From contig DASPSR010000051.1 of the NCBI GenBank assembly GCA_035623825.1, forward strand, positions 1-33,112: a DNA stretch of 33,112 bases. The letters are read 5' to 3'. Position 1 is the stretch's first letter. Each line of letters begins with the position of its first letter. Source of the stretch: Nitrospirota bacterium (GTDB lineage: Bacteria > Nitrospirota > UBA9217). The notes under the pieces were generated by a model. It had not been told where the DNA came from. It searched no databases and saw nothing but the letters and a program-made list of their open reading frames with translations. The translations under genes were made by a program, and so were the position numbers. This document shows positions 27,486-33,112 of this stretch, one piece after another.

Positions 27486-28082
27486 ATGCTGCGTAAAATA
27501 CTGGTTCGTGTGATGATCGGACTGCTTGTCGTACCAGCCCCAGCCATTGCAGCGGGCTTGGGCGGATCAGCTCCGTCGCTGGCTGTCGTCAGCACGGAAC
27601 GGGGCTATCGAATCGGTCCAGGCGATGTCTTGGACATATCCGTATGGAAGGACGACGCATTAACGCGTTCCTGTGTGGTCAGGCCTGACGGGTTCATCTC
27701 GTTTCCGCTTATCGGGGATGTCGCCGCCTCGGGTAGAACCGTATCAGAGCTGAAATCGGAAATGGAGGGCAAGCTGAAGCGCTTCGTCCCGGACGTCGTC
27801 CTGCTGATTGACGTGAAGCAAATCAACAGCATGATCATCTATGTCATCGGCAAAGTGAACAACCCGGGTCGATTCATCCTGACTGCCGACGTGCATGTCC
27901 TTCAGGCCCTTGCCACAGCCGGGGGTCTCAACCCTTTCGCAAAAGGGGGCAAAATAAAGATATTTCGTCCCGGTAAAGACGAGACCACCATATTCCCATT
28001 CGATTACGATGAGGTCGTGAACGGAAAGCACCTGGAGCAGGACATCTATCTTGAACGGGGCGACGTCGTGGTCGTACCGTGA
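27486..28082 (+). CDS. Short OPX/Wza-family polysaccharide export protein (Poly_export + one SLBB)
   Basis: RBS aggag; YRIGPGDVLDISVW, VRPDGFISFPLIG, YVIGKVNNPG, ALATAGG, LERGDVVVVP-stop. Confidence 0.9.
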   Translation: MLRKILVRVMIGLLVVPAPAIAAGLGGSAPSLAVVSTERGYRIGPGDVLDISVWKDDALTRSCVVRPDGFISFPLIGDVAASGRTVSELKSEMEGKLKRFVPDVVLLIDVKQINSMIIYVIGKVNNPGRFILTADVHVLQALATAGGLNPFAKGGKIKIFRPGKDETTIFPFDYDEVVNGKHLEQDIYLERGDVVVVP

Positions 28083-29353
28083 TGAGCATTAGAAATATCG
28101 TCACGCTCGTCCTCGTCACTCTTGCCTGCCCGGCGCTCGTTTGGGGAAATGAGATCTGCTTTGTTCCGAACCTAGCAGCGAATGAGCAATATAACAACAA
28201 CATCCTCCTGGTCACTAACGCGGGCAATGTCATGAATGACTTCATCACTATCCTATCGCCGGGATTGGATATAACCGACAAGACGGCACGGCTCGATACC
28301 ATGCTGTCACTCCGACTGGACGAACTGTATTACGCCAGAAACAATGACCTCAATGCAACCAATCAATCCTACAGCGGCAGCGTTCGATATGCCTCAACAC
28401 CGCTGCTCAATATCTCGGCGGATGCCGGCTATGCAAAGAATTCTAATCCAAGTCTGGGTATAGGCACACCCAGCAGCAATCAGAAGAGCGGTGCTGAAAA
28501 TCCTCCCGCACCAACACAGAATCTGCATTTTGTGGCGGAACCAATCCAGCGTGTTACATCCTCAGCTTCCATGGACTACCGCATGACCGAAATGACGTCA
28601 TTTTCGGCCCTATACCGTTTCACATGGGACTCCTATACCGAACCACAGTATCGGGACAAAACCGATGAGGCGGATGCGGGACTTGTCATCGATCTCGGCA
28701 AGTATCTTCCCCGGATGAGTGGCAGACTCAATGCAGGTTACACACAGTTTATTTTGCCTGAATTCACAAGCAACAATGTCTGGGGTACGATCGGGTTTTC
28801 CTATGATATCAGCGAAGCATGGCACATTCTCGTGGATGCCGGCCTTCGCCGAACGGAAACGGATATATCCGTGAATCAGCCGGTTATCACGCCAGCTACC
28901 TCGATCAACGTCGTACAGCAGCTGGAACAAACCGAAAGAGGCAGTACGGGGCAGGCTACCCTGAAATATCAGAAGGAATACACGGATGCAGAACTGGCTT
29001 TTAACCAGGACTTTGCGTTGACCTACTTGGCCTCGGGGCGCCAGGCTCCCGCCGAGCGCAGAGCCTATTCATTCACGGCCCGACAGCAGATCACTAGAGA
29101 ACTATCGGCCCTCCTGACAGCCATGTACTCCACGTACACTGTCGCCAACGTCATCACACAGAGAAACTTTGAGGTATCTCCGTTCATCCGGTATGAGCTC
29201 GTCCAATGGCACGGCGAAAGGGACCTTGCAATCGAAGCGTCATACGATCACATGCGGATCGACTACCCGGTATCTGGCAGAGTGCATAGAGACCTGGTCT
29301 CCATACGTCTGTCGCTCCGTTTCCCGAAGTGCAGCTCAAGCCAGTATAAATGA
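28082..29353 (+). CDS. Outer-membrane beta-barrel protein of EPS export (TIGR03016/EpsX-like)
   Basis: TGATG coupling to the OPX gene; signal peptide; PxL...EQYNNN and DFITILSPG start motifs; alternating amphipathic strands; last strand VSIRLSLRF. Confidence 0.75.
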   Translation: MSIRNIVTLVLVTLACPALVWGNEICFVPNLAANEQYNNNILLVTNAGNVMNDFITILSPGLDITDKTARLDTMLSLRLDELYYARNNDLNATNQSYSGSVRYASTPLLNISADAGYAKNSNPSLGIGTPSSNQKSGAENPPAPTQNLHFVAEPIQRVTSSASMDYRMTEMTSFSALYRFTWDSYTEPQYRDKTDEADAGLVIDLGKYLPRMSGRLNAGYTQFILPEFTSNNVWGTIGFSYDISEAWHILVDAGLRRTETDISVNQPVITPATSINVVQQLEQTERGSTGQATLKYQKEYTDAELAFNQDFALTYLASGRQAPAERRAYSFTARQQITRELSALLTAMYSTYTVANVITQRNFEVSPFIRYELVQWHGERDLAIEASYDHMRIDYPVSGRVHRDLVSIRLSLRFPKCSSSQYK

Positions 29354-29363
29354 AGGAGCATCT

Positions 29364-30935
29364 ATGGAAGAGTCCAAAATAAAGAGTGTCAGTGATATCT
29401 TAACGATCGTAAAACGACGGCGAAAGGCGCTTATCATTCCAGCCCTTGCCGTCCTCCTAATCACCGCAACTGTTCTTCTGATCTGGAAGCCTGTCTTTCG
29501 ATCGACGTCTACAATCCTCATTGAAGAACAGGAGATCTCCCGTGAATACGTGATGGCTGCAGTGACGAGCTACGCGGAACAGAGGCTCCAGCAGATCAAC
29601 CAGAGGATCATGAGCGCTGCGCGGCTGCTCGAGATCATCAACCGCTTCAACCTATATGCGGAAAAGCGAAAGAAAATGTCGTCGGAGGAGATTATCGATG
29701 ACATGCGGAAGAAGGACATTAAGTTCGAAACCGTAATGGCCGACGTCATCGACCGGAGAACGGGACAAAAGACGACAGCGACAATTGCGTTTACGGTCTC
29801 CTATGAGGGAACAGACCCTCAAATGGTCCAGCAGGTAGCGACCATCCTCGCGTCCCTCTACCTCGAGGAGAATATGAGGGTAGTTGATCAGCAGACGGAA
29901 GGGACCACGAAGTTCCTGGAAGAGGAAATGAAATCCGTTCAGGCCTCGCTTGCCGATCTGGAAAAAAAGATCGCGGATTACAAAGAAAAACACAACAGGG
30001 CCTTGCCTGAACTGTTACAGTTTAACCTCCAGAACATGGACTGGAACGAGCGGAACCGGGACCAGTTGAACGAGCAGCTCAGGTCTCTTCGGGAAAAGGA
30101 GAGCTATTACCAGACACAGCTAGCAACCATAGCTCCAGACACGATAAATCAGGACAAAGAACGGCTTAAGGACCTGCGCGTCTTACTTAACGGCCTGAAG
30201 GCGCGGTATTCGGACGAATACCCCGACGTGATCAAGACTAAAGCGGAGATAGCCACTCTCGAAAGAAAGCTCCAGCAACAGGCCAACGAACCAACTGTAC
30301 AGCAGAAACCGGACAATCCCGCCTACGTCGCACTCGCTTCGCAACTTGCAAGCGTCCAATCGGAGATCAAGTCTGTCAAACGACAGATCGATGATCTCGA
30401 TAAGAAGCGAGATGATTTCAAGCGACGGCTGGAAGCTTCCCCTAAAGTGGAGGAAGGGTATAAGAACCTCATGGTTGAAAGGAACAATACGCAGGCAAAA
30501 TATGACGATCTCATGAGGAAGTACATGGAATCAAAGGTAGCCCATGGCTTGGAAAAGGAGCAGATGGGAGAGCGCTTCACGCTGATCGATCCGGCCCGAC
30601 TTCCGGAAAAACCTGTACGGCCAAACCGTCCCGCAATTTTTCTGATTGGGCTCATTCTGGCAATTGGCAGCGGAGCGGGGGCAGCATCACTCCAAGAGGC
30701 ATTCGACCGGTCCGCCAGGAAGACGGATGATCTGGCAAAAATCTTTCCGTTTCCGGTCCTGACGGAGATCCGGGAGATCATCACCGTCGAAGAGGAAAAG
30801 CGTAAAAAGATGCGGTTCAGGACGACTATCGTCTCTTCGCTTCTTATCCTAATTATCATTGTCCTGGTCATCCATTTTTTTGTAATGGATATGGATATCT
30901 TATTGGTCCGTATCATGAAACGCCTGGCCATTTGA
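29364..30935 (+). CDS. Polysaccharide co-polymerase / chain-length determinant (Wzc/GumC membrane-periplasmic part)
   Basis: ATG29364 after aaggag; TM1, long coiled coil, YSDEYPDV, LIDPARLPEKPVRPNR followed by TM2, plus an additional C-terminal TM. Confidence 0.9.
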   Translation: MEESKIKSVSDILTIVKRRRKALIIPALAVLLITATVLLIWKPVFRSTSTILIEEQEISREYVMAAVTSYAEQRLQQINQRIMSAARLLEIINRFNLYAEKRKKMSSEEIIDDMRKKDIKFETVMADVIDRRTGQKTTATIAFTVSYEGTDPQMVQQVATILASLYLEENMRVVDQQTEGTTKFLEEEMKSVQASLADLEKKIADYKEKHNRALPELLQFNLQNMDWNERNRDQLNEQLRSLREKESYYQTQLATIAPDTINQDKERLKDLRVLLNGLKARYSDEYPDVIKTKAEIATLERKLQQQANEPTVQQKPDNPAYVALASQLASVQSEIKSVKRQIDDLDKKRDDFKRRLEASPKVEEGYKNLMVERNNTQAKYDDLMRKYMESKVAHGLEKEQMGERFTLIDPARLPEKPVRPNRPAIFLIGLILAIGSGAGAASLQEAFDRSARKTDDLAKIFPFPVLTEIREIITVEEEKRKKMRFRTTIVSSLLILIIIVLVIHFFVMDMDILLVRIMKRLAI

Positions 30936-30945
30936 AGAGGTAAAT

Positions 30946-31770
30946 ATGGTGAGACAGAGAGAACCGATCATGAACAAGATCAAGGAAGCAATCGCCTCTA
31001 TCAGGCGAAACGGCGGTAACGGGAAACCACAAAAGCCGCCGCCATCCGTCTGGGACAATGCCTCTGAACAGGACAAGGAAAGGGCAGGGTGGGTATCTCC
31101 TATCTTTAGCCGGTCCCGGATGGTCATGCTGGATCCGTTGGTCCTCGCGAAGAACCGGTGTCTCCCGTGTCTTGATAACGCCGTGACATTGGAGTCCATC
31201 GGAGTACTGCGAACGCAACTCCTGCAGCGTACAAGGGACACGTTCTCAAACACGATTATGGTCACGAGCGCGCTACCCGGCGAGGGGAAATCTCTCACCG
31301 CTATCAATCTTTCCTTCTCCATAGCGCGTGATTTCCAGCATACGGTCATGCTGGTGGATGGTGATCTGCGAAAACAGAGCATCCACAAGTACCTGGGTTG
31401 CGACGGAGAAAAGGGGCTCATCGATTATCTTACCGGCAGCACGCCCGTGTCGGAACTGATAACCTGGCCTGGCACGGAGAAAATGACTTTCATCTCCGGC
31501 GGTCGGCTTGTCCAGGAAAGCGCCGAGGTCCTCGGATCCAGGCGAATGCGGGAGCTAATACCGAGCTTGAAAGGGCGTTATCGGGACCGGTACATCATTT
31601 TAGACGTGCCTCCCATTCTGACCGGCGCCGATGTGCTGACGCTGGTGCCCTTAGTCGACAAGATCATCGTCGTTGTTCAAGCAGGAAAAACCTCAATGGA
31701 TGACGTTAAGAAGGCACTTCAGTATCTTCCGAAGGAAAAGATCCTGGGCCTGGTTCTGAACCGCAGTTAA
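30946..31770 (+). CDS. Stand-alone BY-kinase (CpsD/CapB family tyrosine-protein kinase)
   Basis: Walker A SALPGEGKS, A' LVDGDLRK, Walker B IILDVPP, terminal GLVLN. Confidence 0.9.
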   Translation: MVRQREPIMNKIKEAIASIRRNGGNGKPQKPPPSVWDNASEQDKERAGWVSPIFSRSRMVMLDPLVLAKNRCLPCLDNAVTLESIGVLRTQLLQRTRDTFSNTIMVTSALPGEGKSLTAINLSFSIARDFQHTVMLVDGDLRKQSIHKYLGCDGEKGLIDYLTGSTPVSELITWPGTEKMTFISGGRLVQESAEVLGSRRMRELIPSLKGRYRDRYIILDVPPILTGADVLTLVPLVDKIIVVVQAGKTSMDDVKKALQYLPKEKILGLVLNRS

Positions 31771-31798
31771 CGCAATCTCGAAAACAAAAGGTGGTACG

Positions 31799-31936
31799 AT
31801 GGAAAAAATGACGAAGATCATTGAATTCCTCAAGATACTCATGGACAGGAAGTTCACGGGATCCGTCAAGATCAAGTTCAGTAGAGGGACTGTCGAGCGC
31901 GTGGAGCAGTTCGAAGAAATATTGAAAAACAAATAA
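31799..31936 (+). CDS. Small 45-aa protein, DUF2292/YezD-like pattern (absent from the ORF track)
   Basis: aaggtgg upstream of ATG31799; MEKMTKIIEFLKILMDRKFTGSVKIKFSRGTVERVEQFEEILKNK*; amphipathic helix plus beta-hairpin pattern. Confidence 0.6.
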   Translation: MEKMTKIIEFLKILMDRKFTGSVKIKFSRGTVERVEQFEEILKNK

Positions 31937-32007
31937 CCATGGTCCCTCGCTGACTTGCTTGTTGCTGGAGCACTAGAAAGCCCGGTGGAGAAAAATGCGC
32001 GCATCTA

Positions 32008-32033
32008 ATACAAACGCGCTAAGTTATGTTACA
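32008..32033. repeat. IS630 terminal inverted repeat (downstream end, contains the transposase stop)
   Basis: atacaaacgcgctaagttatgttaca versus the reverse complement of 33083-33108, atataaacgcgctaaatattgttaca. Confidence 0.9.
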
Positions 32034-32552
32034 CAATCGCCTGATTTTGTGTTTGGACCACGAGTAAAGCGTCTTTTGAACTGTAGCCCAGATCGACTCA
32101 AGATTATCGAACCACCGGTTGGTGGTTGATTCATATCGAATTTGACGCCATATCCGCTCCTGCATGTTCAAGGCAGGTTGATACGGCGGGAGGTACAGGA
32201 TCCGGAGTCTTCGATGCGTTTCCAGAAACTCTCGGATCGCGTCACCTTTATGCCAACGTGCTCGATCAACATACAGCCAGATGGTATAGCCTCGAAGGCA
32301 ACGATAAAGGTGTTGCAACACCTTGAGGAACCCATCCCGGTCTCCCCGCTCCGTCCGGATCATCCCCGCACGGCCGAGAAGTGGGGCTACCCAGCCGGAA
32401 ACATTCAAGCGCTTATGATGTTGACTGGTTGTCGGCACGCTCAGCCGCTTTCCTATAAGCGCCCAACCACGGCTGAGCCGCGGATGCAGGGTGAAACCGC
32501 TTTCGTCCTGAAAAACAACGGTTTCCTTAGGCCCCAGCGCGTTGAGTTTTTT
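32019..32552 (-). CDS. IS630 transposase ORF B (DDE catalytic domain), expressed as a frameshift fusion
   Basis: Frame is open from 32552: KKLNALGPKETVVFQDESGF...LYVDRARWH...LPPYQPALNMQERIW (D, D, E). The track start at 32438 misses the first Asp. Confidence 0.9.
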   Translation of the reverse strand, partial: KKLNALGPKETVVFQDESGFTLHPRLSRGWALIGKRLSVPTTSQHHKRLNVSGWVAPLLGRAGMIRTERGDRDGFLKVLQHLYRCLRGYTIWLYVDRARWHKGDAIREFLETHRRLRILYLPPYQPALNMQERIWRQIRYESTTNRWFDNLESIWATVQKTLYSWSKHKIRRLCNIT

Positions 32553-33051
32553 TTAGGCTCCTGGCAAACTTCTTCGCATCCTCGGCCTTTGCCTGGAGAT
32601 AGGTATGACTGGCCCGCTTCAATCGATACCCCAGTCGATGCATCCAATACTGGGCCTGACGAACTTTCAGCTTTATTCCGAACTCCCGCTGTAAATGGGT
32701 CGCCAAAGTGGGGCCGTCCCAACGAACTCGGTTCAGGCCGAACTTCTGAGGCGATTCTTCCAGATGGCGTTCAAGCTGGGCAGCAATCTTCGGTGTCATC
32801 CGGGCGGGGCGGCCTGTCTGCTTCTTCGGGATCAGAGCTTCTACCCCATCTTTGTTTACCGCTCGCGTCCAGCGGTTTATGTTCATCCGATTCTGGCCAA
32901 GAACCTCGGAGATCCAGCCGGGCCGCTGCCCCTCCAGGACCAGCAGCAGGGTGGCGATCTTCATGCCGATCCAGGCACCGGGCAATTTCTCGGCTAACGC
33001 CAATAACTGTTCTTTCGATGCTTTATCGGGGTTTAAAGGGGAGGTATTCAT
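32527..33051 (-). CDS. IS630 transposase ORF A (HTH / winged-helix DNA-binding part)
   Basis: INRWTRAVNKDGVEAL..TGRP, SPQKFG...WDGPTL..HLQREFGI, MHRLGYRLKR; the track start TTG33090 lies inside the IR, so ATG33051 is preferred. Confidence 0.88.
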   Translation of the reverse strand: MNTSPLNPDKASKEQLLALAEKLPGAWIGMKIATLLLVLEGQRPGWISEVLGQNRMNINRWTRAVNKDGVEALIPKKQTGRPARMTPKIAAQLERHLEESPQKFGLNRVRWDGPTLATHLQREFGIKLKVRQAQYWMHRLGYRLKRASHTYLQAKAEDAKKFARSLKKTQRAGA

Positions 33052-33058
33052 GCCTCCC

Positions 33059-33087
33059 AGTATAGCATAAATCCAGCGAAATTGTAA
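33059..33087 (-). promoter_or_regulatory. Putative sigma70 promoter of the transposase (extended -10)
   Basis: On the - strand: TTACAA-17 nt-TATACT with TGn directly upstream of the -10; the -35 overlaps the terminal IR. Confidence 0.6.
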
Positions 33088-33108
33088 CAATATTTAGCGC
33101 GTTTATAT
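33083..33108. repeat. IS630 terminal inverted repeat (upstream end)
   Basis: tgtaacaatatttagcgcgtttatat followed by TA; complements 32008-32033. Confidence 0.9.
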
Positions 33109-33112
33109 TAGT

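Larger units (their letters stand above)
32008..33108 (-). mobile_element. Complete IS630-family insertion sequence (1101 bp) flanked by a TA duplication
   Basis: Terminal IRs match at 22/26; TA at 32006-32007 and 33109-33110; empty site reconstructs as CTAG; HTH ORF plus DDE ORF inside. Confidence 0.93.

Noticed and set aside
28082-28130. LVTLAC as a lipobox in the beta-barrel protein
   Set aside because: Non-canonical -3/-2 residues, and the hydrophobic stretch continues to a plausible SPase I site (VWG|NE).
29169-29363. N-terminal extensions given by the ORF track (also 8759, 12752, 17798, 25399, 33090)
   Set aside because: They overlap upstream genes, intergenic DNA or the IR and are non-homologous; downstream starts, most with an SD, fit the family N-termini better.
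32142-33065. 307-aa + strand ORF spanning the IS
   Set aside because: Antisense shadow of the IS630 transposase; Pro/Ser/Arg-rich with no recognisable motifs.
1-33112. CRISPR arrays, tRNA/rRNA genes, Rho-independent terminators
   Set aside because: No regularly spaced direct repeats, RNA gene signatures or clear hairpin-plus-U-tract were seen; intergenic gaps are short.

Overview
A single + strand, tightly coupled Wzy-type exopolysaccharide/capsule locus tied to an exosortase (PEP-CTERM/VPLPA-CTERM-type) system. The gene style suggests a deltaproteobacterium/Desulfobacterota (inference). The variable 5' part encodes a 5'-truncated tandem double GT4, a LamG+GHL10 hydrolase, two GT4s, Wzy, DUF362, a CapK/PaaK-like adenylating enzyme, a Cys-rich beta-helix protein, a bi-domain oxidoreductase, a WecG/TagA GT26, a heparinase II/III-like protein, a HAD, an ATP-grasp ligase, a CE4 deacetylase and WecB. 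The conserved 3' part encodes an exosortase-EpsI fusion (XrtD-like), an extended WecA, a TPR lipoprotein, a short OPX, an outer-membrane beta-barrel, a Wzc-like co-polymerase and a BY-kinase. An uncalled 45-aa ORF follows, then a complete IS630 element on the - strand (26-bp IRs, TA duplication in CTAG, two ORFs joined by a +1 shift at an A8 run). The most promising leads are the polymer-tailoring module with two carboxylate-activating ligases plus DUF362/HAD/deacetylase, the atypical double GT4, a possible disulfide-stapled beta-barrel and a possible decayed VPLPA-CTERM tail. All family calls come from motif recognition by eye; no searches were run.
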